Under the pieces are notes generated by a model, which saw only the letters and a list, made by a program, of their open reading frames with translations, was not told the origin of the DNA and did not search any database. Position numbers and translations under genes: made by a program. From assembly GCA_965655095.1 (NCBI GenBank), contig OZ296657.1, forward strand, positions 28,706,001-28,770,000: a DNA stretch of 64,000 nucleotides, read 5' to 3'. Positions 1-13,350 of the stretch are shown here, one piece after another. The DNA comes from Haplodiscus bocki. Taxonomy: Eukaryota. The stretch's first letter is position 1, and each line of letters opens with the position of its first letter.

Positions 1-280
1 GAGGGTCAACAAAGAATGTGTCGTATGCAAAGACTCGTGGGAGGGGTCTAAAGTGTGTGTCGAAGTTGTCTGTGTAGTCGTATTTGTGTTGGAAGTGTTA
101 TATGGATCATGTGCATGTTATTATATCTTCGAATGTAAGCTTTTTCCATTTGTTGCTGCCAGACAACTGATGGAATTCCTGTGTTCGACGTTTGATGAGA
201 GTGGTATACGATGGTGGGTGGGTCCGATATAACATTTTGTCTCACTGATGTGTAATCTGCCCATTGGAGTCGTGGCTTTT

Positions 281-290
281 TTAGTTTAAA
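281..290 (-). promoter_or_regulatory. -1 programmed ribosomal frameshift slippery site (T TTA AAC) directly before the gag stop
   Basis: Minus strand reads TCT TTA AAC TAA in the gag frame. The -1 frame is open: FKLKKPRLQWADYTSVRQNVISDPP..., continuous with ORF 48..245. Confidence 0.8.
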
Positions 291-1989
291 GAGTTTTTGA
301 GAATTGATGAAGGTCCTGCGTGGGTCAAGTTTCTTTGTTCTTGCCCATCATTTCGATTGTCTGCTGGATACTCCTGTTTGAAGCGTTAGGGTCTATTTGC
401 TGCATTGGGACCACTCCACCTTTTTTCTGGAGGATGGTTTGTCCATTGACAATGAGGACATGGTGCAAATGATTTAGATGTCGAAGGTTTCGTGTTTTGG
501 ATGGAAGGATCATTTCTCTGCTCCTGTTCCTTTTTCATCCTTTTTGGACAATCTCTAATAACGTGGCCTGGTGTTTTACAATAGTGGCATACGATTATAG
601 CTTGTTCAGTGTTTTGTTGAATGTGGTTTGGTGGTACGACTGTCATGGTGGGTATTGTCTGCTCCCCATCGTTTTCTAAACCACTGAGTTCTAATTCTCT
701 TCCGAGATGTGCAACTATTTGGTCGTATGTGCGATTTTGCAGGTAAGCTAAGTTGAGTGATCGTTTCAAATGGGGTGGCAGTTTTGCGTAGAGTAGACTG
801 TCAATCATATGTTGGGCGTTGTCACCGAACGCTCTTTCGGCACATTCGTTGAGCTCTTCTAAGAAGTCGGACAGTGATTTTGTATTGGGATCGAATGTGA
901 GTTTGTGCCATTTGTGTTTAGCTGTAGCTTGTGGTTCTGGTTTAACACATTTTCGTTGGAACACAATTAGCACGTCATCGGGAGTTTTCTTTTTTGATGC
1001 ACTTATATTTCGAAACGTTTGCAGTGCTTCTTTTCGTAAATGGCCAAGAAAATGGTCAATTTTCATGGCTTCTGTCATCTCTGGTTGCAATTTGAGCTTT
1101 GTGTGAAATAGTTCTTCAGAGAGTTCAAATGTTTCGTTTTTCCATCGAAAAGTAATGTATTTGTAGATACTGGTTTCAGCATTGTAGCTGCTTGTGGTTG
1201 TTGTTGTTGGGTTGCAATTCCTGCAATTGCATCAGCTAGACGATTAATGGAATTGTTTGAATCAAAGTTTCGATTTCTTGGTGGTTGTTCAACCATTGAT
1301 AATTTTTTGTCTAGTGATACTTGTGTTGACAGGTTCAGGTGATGGTGTTTGCTTGGTGTTAAAATGCGTCCAGTGAGAAACTTAAGGATTTGATTTGTTT
1401 GGGCTGTTTGTCCTGTACCCGTGTGATGAGTGCGTGTTTGCCGGTCAAAATGTGTTTCCGGGAACGACAATTCACTTACCTCGTCTGGAATGTTGTGTCG
1501 AGTCTCATCATTTACATTAGAAACATGTAGAATATTGTTGTTTCCAGTTGCGTTTTCAAAAGAAGCCTTAATCTCTACATGTTCTCCACGTTCTGAGTTC
1601 TGAGTTCTGACGCTGGTTACATCCCGTCCAGAAGATGCATTTTTTGGCCTGAATGCTAATTCGATTCTAGGAGCGACAATGTTATCAATAGCGGTCAAAA
1701 TTGCATTCTGTATTCTGTTTTTGACTGTATCGACAATATTGTTCATTTCTCTATCAATCTTTTCGTTAATACACCTTTCCAAAGTTTTCACATTCACCAT
1801 GCTTTCATTAATTGCCGTGCTACTACTAGAAGTACTGGCGGTAAAATCTTGGTCATTGGTACTTTCATTAGCCACAATATTTTCTTGTCTTTCTCTAACA
1901 GCGGCGCCGATAACTAAATCTTGGTCGAAATCATTTAATTGACTGAGGAGCCTTTTATTTGCCTGCCTTTCCTTGCGAGTAGAAACCAT
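281..1989 (-). pseudogene. gag: gag polyprotein (long N-terminal extension, capsid-like region, two zinc knuckles) with one frameshift (~1135) and one premature stop (386-388)
   Basis: ORFs 1075..1989 and 386..1090 join across a 1-nt shift (LLFDGK / ETFELSEELFHTKLKLQPEM). Contains CHYCKTPGHVIRDC and CPHCQWTNHPPEKRW. Past the TAA at 386-388 the frame stays open (RFKQEYPADNRNDGQEQRNLTHAGPSSILKNSLN) to TAA at 281-283. Confidence 0.85.
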
Positions 1990-4297
1990 GTTTGTTTTAA
2001 TAACTGGATTGCATTAAGAGTGGAACATTAACAATAACACAAGGATTGAATGATAATTTAAACTTCGAAACTTGCTAAGAATTTTAATGATCACAAGGAA
2101 GAGAAATCAGTTTAAAAATTGTTTTAGTGAACTGTTTTCCAGGATAGCAGTTTTCTTCTGTTTGTGGTTCCTTAGCCACTTGTGGATCACCTTTTCCTGC
2201 GTTTGACTTGTCATTCGTCAGCCAATTGGGTGGCATAATCTACTGACGTCATGCTCGTCATTCTTTTTTCAATCATAACATCAAAGGGTTTAACCCGCAT
2301 TTTACATATTGTCATTATGGCGTCAGTTTATAAATAGTAAAAAAATCAACATCAAAAGGGGAAAAGCCGAATAAATCCTGACAATCAAAATATGGTTGTG
2401 GAATTGTGGACAAATGGTAAAGGTCAAGAAAATCATGTTTGCATGTATGGTTTATATCATGGGTGGTCTTTTAAGGTTATATTATAGTAAATACGACAAA
2501 AATGTTGATATTATGCTTCATGCACAAATTTGACGTCAAGTTGATGAGAGGTGGTCAAAAGTGGGCAATATGACGGTCTTTTGAACAAATAATAGTTTTC
2601 ACTTGGTATATAATAATAATAGGTACTGGATAATTTCGCATCACATAATAAATAATATATACTTATATAAATACATAGCAACGTCTTTTATTTAAACAAG
2701 GTCATAGTTTGGTGTTTGCGACTTCATTTTGCCGTATTTCGCCTTTTGTTCAGAAGTGACCACGCACTTTGAGCAAAGAGGTCAAAATTAGATCCTTGTG
2801 ACCAGATTTTGACCACACTCCAGCAGCGCTGTTGCTTGGTCAGAATTTCACAAGTATACTTGTTTCGACCAATCAAAAATGAGTATGAGACTGCAGCTTA
2901 ATTGAGCACTGTAAGCATTTGTTTATATCCGTTCTCTAATGATATTAGCTTTCTTGCTATTTGTATGGATTTTGCACATAGGTACATAAATATGCGTAGG
3001 CTTGTATATGTATATATATTAAAATATATAAATATATACCATATTTTATAAAAATAAGGGGGAGGAAAGTTATCCAGCGAGTTATTCAATGGGATTTTTA
3101 TCAGTTGAATTTTCGAATAGGGGCAATGCGTATTCCTGCGTGCCCGAGTTTTGTTCATAGTAATTGACGGAGTAAGCAGGCCGTCACAGGCGGCAGCCTG
3201 CGACAATATTTCAACAGGGTTGTCTAAACAGTGTTGTGCTGGTCCAAACGTACGTTTTGAGGTTTAAAAAAAAACGTAAACATCTTCAATCCAATTTTGC
3301 AAATAGCCGAAGAAGAAAGTCTTCAAATTGATAAAGATTTTCCTTTCGTGTTATATTCTACCACTAAAATGTTTGCTGATTGACAAAACTGACCTAAAAC
3401 AGGCATTACACTTCAGGCATTATGCACTCGCTAAAAAACAAAGAATAAAGTTTGTCATCAATCAAATGCTTCTGAAAAAGGCCACGGTGCCTAAGTATCA
3501 GTTTTGATTGACATTGATGATCACCAATGAGTTCATCTGAAATTTACAAGTAATAACTAAAAGTAGAATTGATGCCAGATTACAATCATGCTGCTCAAAT
3601 TAGATATCTAAACACAAAAGTGACTATGAGAGTAGAAAGGAAGAGACCAATTTAAATCACAAACCGGGTCACGTGAAGTAATTTACTCACTCAATGGGTG
3701 CAGTAGAGAGACGCAATCAGTTTGCTACAGCGATACAGTCAATAACTCTCATTCCACGATACCTTCATACATTTCATAATCCATGTAAATGCGATAATTG
3801 TTTCTGCATTTGTACAAGTTTACTTTTCAAGAGTTTCAATCATTCTTGAAATTATTTCCTATTTAGCCATCGAGCAACGAAAAAAATCTCTCATTGGACA
3901 GACACTCTTGACGACAAGTAGACAACCTAACTCTGATCATCAACAAAACAGTTATAAATCTAACAAATTCACAAACAAATCAATCGATGATTGAAGCAAA
4001 AAACAACCGATCCCTGGTCAACTGGATAGGTATTACACGAGTGTAGATGACCAACCAAAACAACATACTTTCCAATGGTTGAAATGAGAATACCAGAAAC
4101 AGCAAGCAATAATAGTCAGAATTCTCATGCTTTCCAGTGCGATAGAGACCACCGACAGGCGCTAAACACATAGGATAAGGGAAAAAGCAGACACCTTCGA
4201 GACTGCGCAAATACCTGCACACACTTGACTTCCTCCAATTTTTATGCCTCACTTCCCGTATTGGATTAAGGAGGAAAAGTGTTGTACCTCTCTGAAA

Positions 4298-4497
4298 NNN
4301 NNNNNNNNNNNNNNNNNNNNNNNNNNNNNNNNNNNNNNNNNNNNNNNNNNNNNNNNNNNNNNNNNNNNNNNNNNNNNNNNNNNNNNNNNNNNNNNNNNNN
4401 NNNNNNNNNNNNNNNNNNNNNNNNNNNNNNNNNNNNNNNNNNNNNNNNNNNNNNNNNNNNNNNNNNNNNNNNNNNNNNNNNNNNNNNNNNNNNNNNN
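4298..4497. other. assembly gap (200 N)
   Basis: run of exactly 200 N. Confidence 1.
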
Positions 4498-4599
4498 CTT
4501 CAGGCCTGTTTCCGTCAAAACCGAAGATAATAGAAGTCTGGGTGTTTTCGAAGCAAGTAAAAAACTAAACGAATTGAAATGACTAAAATTCCGAGACTT

Positions 4600-5360
4600 T
4601 TTGATGGTGTCATTGCGCCTATACTCAAACCTAAAAGAAAAACATCAGAAGCACCAAGATGTCAAGCAAACATTCCCATGTCACCGTGGAGGTCATTATA
4701 ACTCCTTTCTCCAAAGAAAAGTGAAAGATCTTTTGATGCAATTATTTCTCGTAGCCAACATGAATACATGAAGTACAAAAGTACAGCATAAAAAAGTTTT
4801 ATCCACAAAATATTAATTGTGCTGTTTTTAGATAGTGACTTTGACTCCGTTCTTGATTGAATTGATATGTCAAGGGCCTTCAATACCGTGAACATATTTT
4901 TTTGAAGGCATATGGCAAGTGAGTATACACCTGAGACTAACTGCGACCTGTTAGAATTACCCTACACGAACAAGACCTTGAATGTAAAAATTGAAACAAG
5001 ACGAGCAAAAAATTAAGAAAAAACAGTGGAGTTTCTCAAAGTGATGGTCTTTTTTGCTAAACCTTTTGCATTCCATCCGGAAAATTGCCTTAGAAAAGTA
5101 AAGGAAAGAGAGAGGAGAAAAATAAACTTGAAGATCACCCTTATTCATTTCAGCCCATTTTTAACATTTCATGTCGAATAAGCTGATGATGTTGATTTCA
5201 TCCTACGTAGTAGCACTAACCAAGATATCGAAAGCCTACTGACCACCCCCGATTTTGTTTCTGTAAATTGTGTTTATTTTCCATTCGGGATGAAGTTGCA
5301 TTGTTCAAAAAGTTCTGAGACAGAAAGTCTCCCCCAAGTTGAAAAGCTTGGTTCTATTTT
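4600..5360 (+). mobile_element. degenerate non-LTR (LINE) reverse transcriptase fragment
   Basis: IDMSRAFNTVN at 4861-4893 (cf. D-x-SKAFDTV) and VE*ADDVDFI at ~5173-5202 (YADD box with the Tyr codon changed to stop). Confidence 0.65.
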
Positions 5361-5499
5361 AGACGATGCTACAGACCCGAAACGCTGAAACCAGCTCCCT
5401 CAAAATGCCTTCAATATAATTTCATATGGAAAAACAAACTCAGTAACATCTCACAGAAAACAAAATAAATTTTTGATACCTTCATTTGTCCAATCTTGC

Positions 5500-7190
5500 T
5501 GTAATATAGCTCCACGTGGAATTCCTTTAAAAAACGTTTAACAATTCCATCGAAACAGCCCAAAGAAAACATCTAGGAACCACTTTTGATATCCGTTATC
5601 CAAAAACATCATCAGACGGGAATTTGTACAGATTAAACAGTTCGTCAAAAAAATCATTTTGGGTTCAAAAAACAAGGATAAGTTTTCTGGTATATGTTCC
5701 GAGATAAAGATCCTCGAAAATGGATGTGATCAGATTCAAAGAGACTCCAAAATTCAGGCACAGGTATTAGCAAAAAGCAACCAACATCCTGAAAGCATAG
5801 TGATCTGCTCCGGTAATCGACACTCTGTCTACCTTGGTCTACCTTGGAAGAAAAAAAAATTGCAAGTATATTAGAAAACCATGATGATCTCTCTGTATCA
5901 TGATGGTTTTTGTATCTGTATTGAACTAGATGAGAAATTTTTGAGAAAAACACTTTTCCAAGAGAATGCTAAATTTTGCTAGCGGTGATTGGATTGATTC
6001 CACAATGACCAATTATAGCAGATTGACTGTGAAAAAGTGTTCATACACATCAAATACAAAAGGCAAATGACATACATAAAGCTTTGAGTGAGTTGAGCGC
6101 TGACAGAAAATCCGTAGAACCAGAGACCCTACATCTAAATGTACTGAAGAAAATGGGACCAACTTTGAGTATTTTTTTGCTGCAATAGTTCGCAGAGTCA
6201 TGGAAGATGAAGAGATGCCCATCTCAAAAAGTGAAAATTTTTTGAATTCGAAACCTGGAAAGGATTCATACCAGCCAACGGGGAGTTTAAAAGCGATAAC
6301 CAAATCGTCGTATAATTGTAATTTATTGGAGCGCAAAATGGAAAACAGTAGCACCAGACATTTTTCGGCCAAAATTTTCGAACACCAGACTTAACAAAGT
6401 TTAACGGAAAAGCCGTCATCGGCACCTTACACCACAGACATCATCGCAAACATTCAAGACAGTTGGTCAGAAAACTTGTTCTTTCAGCGTTTTTGCTAGA
6501 TTCAGAGAAAACAATCGACAGTTTGTGGAATGATAGAGCGCTATCAAAAATGCATTATCTGGGAATCAGAAGTCACTTTTGGAGTTTAATTGATTACACT
6601 ATTGGTGTGCTCAAATTTTCAGTTCGCGTTGATGAGTTCCAACGGCAATAATCTAAATCTACAGTTGATCTCACACAAAGATCAGTTCCACCTATTTTTC
6701 TTTTTAGTTATTTCGTCCATGCAATATGCTGAACGACAGTTGGCCAAAACTTCAAGTACGCTGATGATTTCACGTTTCTAACATCTGGAGACAAAAACAC
6801 TTCTACCTTGAACGAATGTCACAACCAGTTTAAATGTTTAACGAACGGGCCTAGCAACTGGAGTATCTAAGCGTCTCCAGGCGAAACTGCGGCATTGTTT
6901 TTCGAACAAATTCTGCGATCGATGAAACAAAAAATTTTTCCTTAGAAGTTGGAAGCAGTAGAAAATTTTTCTGAAATCTATATAAGTATGTGGAATCTTC
7001 AAGGACGACATGTTGTCTTTTCGCAACAGTTCTTTTCAGCAACCAATGAAGCTTTGCAAACCTGTGGACTTAAAAAACAAGTACATCTGAACAGCAAATC
7101 CATGAGTCCTAACACCTTCAAAACACTAAATCGAAGTGTGGTTATCCCCATTGGATCTACCTGGCAATCATTTGGGGGGGGGGGGATTGT
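5500..7190 (+). mobile_element. degenerate LINE RT fragments (Jockey/CR1/I-like)
   Basis: ORF 6463..6651 FLLDSEKTIDSLWNDRALSKMHYLG (cf. FLDxEKAFDSVWHxGLxxKL), FKYADDF at ~6751-6771, and KHLGTTFD at ~5567. Confidence 0.6.
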
Positions 7191-7949
7191 ACAAAGTTTA
7201 AAATTTCGAAACTGTTATTTGAAATTGTAACCCTGTAAACGTGTTCCATGTACAATCGAACGAAGGAGTTGTTGGAAGTCATTGGCGAGATGATAGCCTT
7301 TGACTTCGAAGTGGAATCCATTTGATCCAGCTATTTTATTAAGGCATGATAGCATCCTGAAGATGACAGCATTCGTAGGAAGCAACTCACGAGTTACGAG
7401 CAGATTCGTCACTAATAGAAGAATCATTGGATCATTTAGAGCTTACGATCGGGAGTCGATCGAAGGACTGACTTACAGAAGGTGGAAGAGTAAGTTTTAA
7501 TTTTTGACAGTCAAGCTAACTTCTTGTGGATGGAAGGCTTAAACGAGATCATCGATCGAGGTTTGGAGATGTTCGTACAAGTTTTGCTGATTGACTTTTG
7601 AAGCAAGTTAAGATGGTTTGATTACTAAAGATCTGTTGGTTCAAGATTAGCTCTAACCTTCTCCTCAATTTTGTCCAAATTGACTCTACCGTTTTCCACA
7701 TCATTCTCCTTCGAATCAGAATTGTTGAAAACTTGCTCCGGGTTTGCTTCTTCAGCAAAAACTTTCCCAATTAGTTATTTTCGTAGATCTAATCACTTCT
7801 GAGACTATTAGCTTTGCAACAGAAGGTCATAGAAGTAGTGAAAATTTGAATTTATTATTGGAGCGTCTGTAAAGACAATGAGACCTGTGCAAAAGTACGT
7901 AGCCTGTTGCAAGGCTCTATGATTCTGGTGTAGATAGATAATACGAGGT

Positions 7950-9200
7950 TAGCGAAGTTAGTGATCATGTGTATCTGACTCCCATTGTGGACGGATTTGT
8001 CCAGTCAAGTGACTGATGGTAAGATGCGATTCCTGTTATCGATGAGCTCCTATTAACAAAATGCGCGTTTCTTCAATTAAATAGTTAAGGGGTGAACGCA
8101 AATCTGCCGCTAAAAATCATATTCGTGTATATTGCGCAAGTCCATCACCTCTCATTATTTACATCGCAAACTCTGTGGGCGCTTGATAGTTTAAAGTACC
8201 TTGAAGTGTTCAGACATGGTAAATTGTTATTTAATGATTTTTCGAAAAGCTGTAGAATAGGACTTTTGGATCCGATTTAATGACTGCTATTTTCTTTTGC
8301 GAGCATCAAAAAATGTGTTTGGTTTAACTTTACTTTCTGTCAAATCTGATACATTTGAACATATCTGTTAAGCACGGTCATTTAGAGTCGGAGCTTCAAC
8401 ATTGGCCAAATATCAGAACATGTCTGTTCCAGCGTTTTTTATGTGAGTCGTTAATCAAACATTCGAGAAGTTACGGTGTACTAGCATAATTTCTAGTACG
8501 GTGTACTAGCAAAGTTATAGGTCAGACATCGGAAAATGTCTGTTTACCACCGTTTTTTCAGAAATATGAGTCAGACAGTGATAAATGTTTGCTTTGGAGA
8601 GCGATTCTTTTGTTTGAATAAAATTAATGTGTACTATTGCAAATTTAGCAGTTATATTGGTATGTGTTTAGCGTGCTTCGTCAATGATTGGTCAATCAAA
8701 TCCTGGTGTGTTTTTCACCGTCCCCCATCCTTGACAGACGGAAACCGATTTTTTATGGTATGAGCCATGCAATCTATTTTGCTTGGGTTTTACGTACAAC
8801 TACATCTATGTAGTCTCTCCTACTTGGAGTTTTTGCTATTTCCTTATCCAAAATGGATTCTAACGTGGAAAACATCAAAACGAATATTTTGCAACGTTGC
8901 GTAGATTCAGCTCATTAAATTGGTCAAAAGACTATTTGGTCGAGGGTTTGCTTCACAGAGGGTGTTTGAAATGTTTTGAGTTCCCGGTCGACACTTACCG
9001 TTGTCTTTGTTTATCCAAATTACCTTTTTCAGCTTCAGTCACAATCAAGCACTAACACCCATCTTTTTTCTTGTTCTTCCTGCACCGTTCGTTAGGTATT
9101 GGAGGATTTGCCAATTTATAATACTTTCAACAATACTTGCCCTTCCCACTACATATTGTGTTGCGTAAAACGTAATCTTGTTGAAAAAACGGGGATGGGA
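7950..9200 (-). mobile_element. highly degraded Penelope-like element (RT C-terminus plus GIY-YIG remnant)
   Basis: Minus strand gives DRA*QICSN (~8354-8380; cf. RAxxICS in Penelope RT) and YLIEETRILL (~8053-8082; cf. YIGETxRxL). Weak. Confidence 0.35.
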
Positions 9201-9959
9201 AGTTATTGGACATAATTACTTTGTGACTGTAGAACTTGCATTAGGATCCCTTTTAAAATAATTGTTTCGTACATATATAACATCAAAGTAGTTTTAAGGA
9301 TGTGAATATGTTGCTTATTTCCCTCATGAGGCCATAATATTGACGTTTTGTAACCACTTTGGTTTAGTTTTCAGGTGTTTTGCCAAAGCACTTGAAAAAA
9401 CCCTACAACAGATTTATGGTTCATTTTCTAACCCAACATAGTGATCTCAGTAACTTTCAGTTTCAACTTGAACGATCTTCCCTTCCTATTTGCACATGAA
9501 TGATCGAAGGAGAAACAGCGAAACGTTTAGATTGATGTCTTTTTTTTCAAATTCACGCAGTATTGTATCACCTTAACAGTTACATGAACTATTGGAAAAG
9601 AGTGGTTGGGAGATCTGGAATTCAACTCTGATCTTTGCAAAATCTCACGACGATTTGAGAAGGCCTGAGTAAACAATATACATAAAACTAGTTGAGAAAT
9701 TCTACCCTGTGAAGTGTTATGAAAACAAATTGTACGGATGCACTACACTACAAGAAGCAGCAGCAAAGAATGAAGCACCTCAGAAAGTCTCAAATGTCCG
9801 GTAGGATCAACCATTTCGAAATTTACACCAAGCCCCAGCAATTGGAGGTGGAATTGGACGGAGGCATGGGGTGTGAGCATACTCCAAGCCTGGAAGATAC
9901 TATTTTTCTGTTTTAATAAACGAACTAAGTTCTTTTCTTTGAAAGTTTGAAGTCATAAA

Positions 9960-10800
9960 TCATGGCCAGCAAATAGCGGCGCCTAGTTCGATCAGTTTTG
10001 AAATTTTGTTCGGAAGAGTAATATGTATTCCTAGCTTTTTGACTCTCCATATGCTTTTATCGTGCAAAAATTTGAGACGGAATTTCAACCCGGGTACTTT
10101 CATCCATATCTCGGAAGTGGAAACAAAAATTATTCACACCTACGAAATTATTTCCATTTACGTTTTGTCGAATTTTACTACAAGGGTTTAGATTAAAAAT
10201 CAAATTTCCATAGGGAGACCTTCCCCGGTTAACATACCAAAATGGAGCTGTACAAAAATTTTCAAACTTTGTGGAGTCTATCGCAGATGGAGACAATATA
10301 GACAATTTTCTTCTTTTCAGTTGCTATGCAGAATTGGTCCATATCAGATGAGCTCATATGAGAGAAGCTGCCTCCGTTGCAGTTGAAATCAATTCCAATT
10401 GTCGTTAGTTTTTTATATTCTTTATGCCCAAACTCCTCGAGAAGCGTACTTTTGCACAAAATAAAAATTAGGATGCTAGAGGTTTAATGGAAAAAACTGG
10501 TGAACGGAATCAGAGCTTTGGACATCATAGTATAATTGTAGCAGTTCAATGTAGTCACGAATTGCATCTGCCCAAAAATCGAAGTTTTGCAGAATACTGT
10601 GCAGGAAATGAAAAAACATTTCGTGTGGCCATTGCAAAAGTCGACCTTGTATCCAAACTTCAGTGATAGAACATGGTAATCCTGAACGGACTGAAATGGC
10701 TTCTTAGAAAAGGACATATTCCTAGACAGGAACAAACAACTGTAGGTTTCTTTCAAAAATCGTAGTGAATTGAATAGCCTGGCTTCAAATGTTATCGGTG
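9960..10800 (+). mobile_element. possible very degraded Polinton major-capsid fragment
   Basis: APSSISFEILFGRVICIPSFLTLHMLL resembles a capsid N-terminus (xxIEFxI...YLxxxxxxLxxKxK). Broken by many stops. Confidence 0.25.
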
Positions 10801-12229
10801 ATATCTATGACGACAAAGTCACAAAAAAATCATCAACAAATACAGCACAAATTTCAAACTTTTATCTCGGAAAAATTTGAAAACGTTCATGAAAAAAGGC
10901 AATGATAAAATCATTATTGAATTAGAAAACGAACCACAGGTTCAACAAATCTGGTAAATTTCCTGTCCCCTTGGAGCACTGTCTGTGTTGTGTTGGTTTT
11001 TTTTCTGGGTCAGGACCAGACCGGGATCAACGAGAAAAGAAAACGCCTAAGGAGATCACCTTTTGTCTATCTGCTGCCTAAATATCATCAATCACCATCT
11101 GGAACTTCATTGCTGTTCCTGGTAAGAACTGAAATCTGCTCCCATTAGGCTGTAAACATCTCAACCAGTTCTGAGATAGCAGTAGAGAATTTTAAATGAT
11201 AGTCTTCGGCGACTTATCTAATTGTTCTGCCCGTCAAGATAACGACGTGAGTTCTTTTAAACTTTCAGTTTGCGACCGAACAGGGACCAAACCGTTAACG
11301 GTTGATCCTGTTTGAGAACAAATGAGACATTCGACAGAGATTTCATCCGCAGTTTGAAAGAAGGAATTATTCCCAAGTTGTGTGCCAGATATCGTTTCAT
11401 GCTGGCATTTTCTGGTTCTCGGTGTGTCCCTGTGCTTTTCCTAGTGGGAAATGTTGGAAGATTTGCCCTTGTTTGACATTAACTCCAACAAAACGGAAAA
11501 CATGTTGAAAAACGGAGAAATGGCTCAAAACGTAAAAAAAAACGGAATTTTGTAGCCATGACGATCGAATTAGGAAGCTTGCCTCATTTTATTGGCAAAA
11601 ATCATTACGTATATGGATGGTAAGAATACATTCAAGTAGATTGTTTTAAGCTCATTTTTAAAAATTTTTAGAAGAGTAAACCTGGTTTTCAACAAGGAAA
11701 ACTCGAAAAAATAGTTTCGTCCCATTTCTTGAGCGTATTTTCAGTGTCACTTCGACACCTTGCATTTCCTCTTTTGAAATTTTTAAATGGTTTTCTTTTT
11801 TTGCGGTATAATAATCAAAATAGTAATCAACAGAACAATTAACATAGCGCTAGTTATTTACAAGCCACTTTATCCTGTCAATGAATAGCAAAAAGTAAAA
11901 ATTAACGTGAGACAAAACATGAAAATGACATTGGGTTGTGGAGAACAAACAAAATTGATGAAAATAAAAAATGGAAGCTTGAATGTACGGCGAGAATTGA
12001 AAGAATTGACTCAATTAAAACCATGAAAGTATGGTTATGAATGTGATCCTGAGGAAAAAGTGTTTAAGGGGCTGTTGTGTATGTGTATGTTGACTATATA
12101 TTTCAAAGTTTTGGGTCTTTGGCCCTTTTCCCTGAAGAAGGAAAACAAAAGAGTCAATGGATTATCTCAAGATCGAATAAATATCGCATGATGTTGTTGA
12201 CCATTGAATGGGCAACTTTAGCTTGCCTG

Positions 12230-13350
12230 GGTTTCAGTTCAATTTAGGACTCTGTTCTCTTTTCTTTTTGTTCATGCACTCGTTTTCAGGGTCGCCGAGA
12301 ATTTTGTGCGGAATTCAGGGAGACTTGAAGTCTCCTGTGATAGGGTCCCCTTGTTTGCGTTCTGCTAGTCTTTGCGCTTTTTGAGATTCACACCCTTTGT
12401 GACTGCGTGCTCGTGGGCACATATTTCTTAGTGGGCAAAATTATGTTGAATACTCATAAAATTGATAACTGCATTCTCAATTAAAATGTCCGGCATTCTC
12501 TGACGATTCCGGTAATAGCCCATCCCCATCACTCCAATTGGTGGGTTCCGGAATGGGTCTGGTTGTTCAAATTTTGTTAGCTTGTATTTCGTTGGGAAAT
12601 TGATCAGCAGATTGTGGGCGTTCTTGGCATCGTGGTGATTAGCGATGAAGGATTGCAGTTCTGAGGTGTAGATAAGTTGGGTCGATTGGCGGTTGGGCGG
12701 GGTTTATTGAACTTTTCGACAACTCAAAGTCGACAAAGGTGAGGACGCTGGAGCGAGTCCTAATCTGCACGGCGGCGAAAATTATGATGCCTAAGTGAAG
12801 TAGTTGCTCTTTGTCATCAGCTTCAAAGTTGTAAGATAGTATGTATATCAGTTTTAGTTGTTTCCGCAGCGGCGGATACTGTCCCAGTAGTTTCCATAGA
12901 GCCTTTGATTTGGTCAAATTTGGGTTACTTGGGCCTCCTGATTGTCGCGCAAAAAGTGATCGACTTTAAAGTAACTGGGAAAAGCATCGCATTTCTTGGA
13001 CTTCACCTGGGGAGTCCTGATGGTATGTTCTTTATCTTTTTGAGTGGTTAATTTTTCTTGTTTCCTCTTATGTTCATTGGGAATACAAATGAGTAAGTTG
13101 TCAAGTTTTTGGGTTGGTACGGGTCTAATGACTTCAGGAATGCTTCGTTGTTGTAGCCTAAGGTGGATCTCTGTGTCATGGTTAATCGTGCAAGTTCGCA
13201 AATGAACATCTCACGAGGCTCCTTGCAGTCATCTGGAGGCCGTTCATCTTGTAGATTTCTTTGAAGTCGATTTTTCCGCGGAGTTTTCAGCAGGACTGCC
13301 AATTCGTTGGAGACTTTTGGTTCTGCCTTGTTAGGTGGTGGGGTCTGCAA
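12230..13350 (-). mobile_element. degraded gag-like LTR retrotransposon relic
   Basis: Overlapping ORFs 13048..13350, 12914..13201 and 12639..12917 form one frameshifted run with gag-like composition. Decayed knuckle-like residues near 12400-12520. Confidence 0.35.

Larger units (their letters stand above)
1..3205 (-). mobile_element. Ty3/gypsy-like LTR retrotransposon, 5' part (leader/putative LTR, gag, start of pol), running off the window start
   Basis: gag with CCHC knuckles and a gag-pol slippery junction. A GC-rich hairpin beginning TGTCGCAGG at 3205 (minus) is a plausible LTR start. No PBS or LTR end identified. Confidence 0.75.

Noticed and set aside
3100-3205. possible hammerhead ribozyme in the GC-rich hairpins
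   Set aside because: No intact CUGAUGA core paired with GAAA in the required arrangement.
4244-4582. ORFs spanning the first gap
   Set aside because: Consist mostly of X from the N run.
8472-8511. 15-bp direct repeat TACGGTGTACTAGCA x2
   Set aside because: Ordinary small slippage duplication within a dead element.
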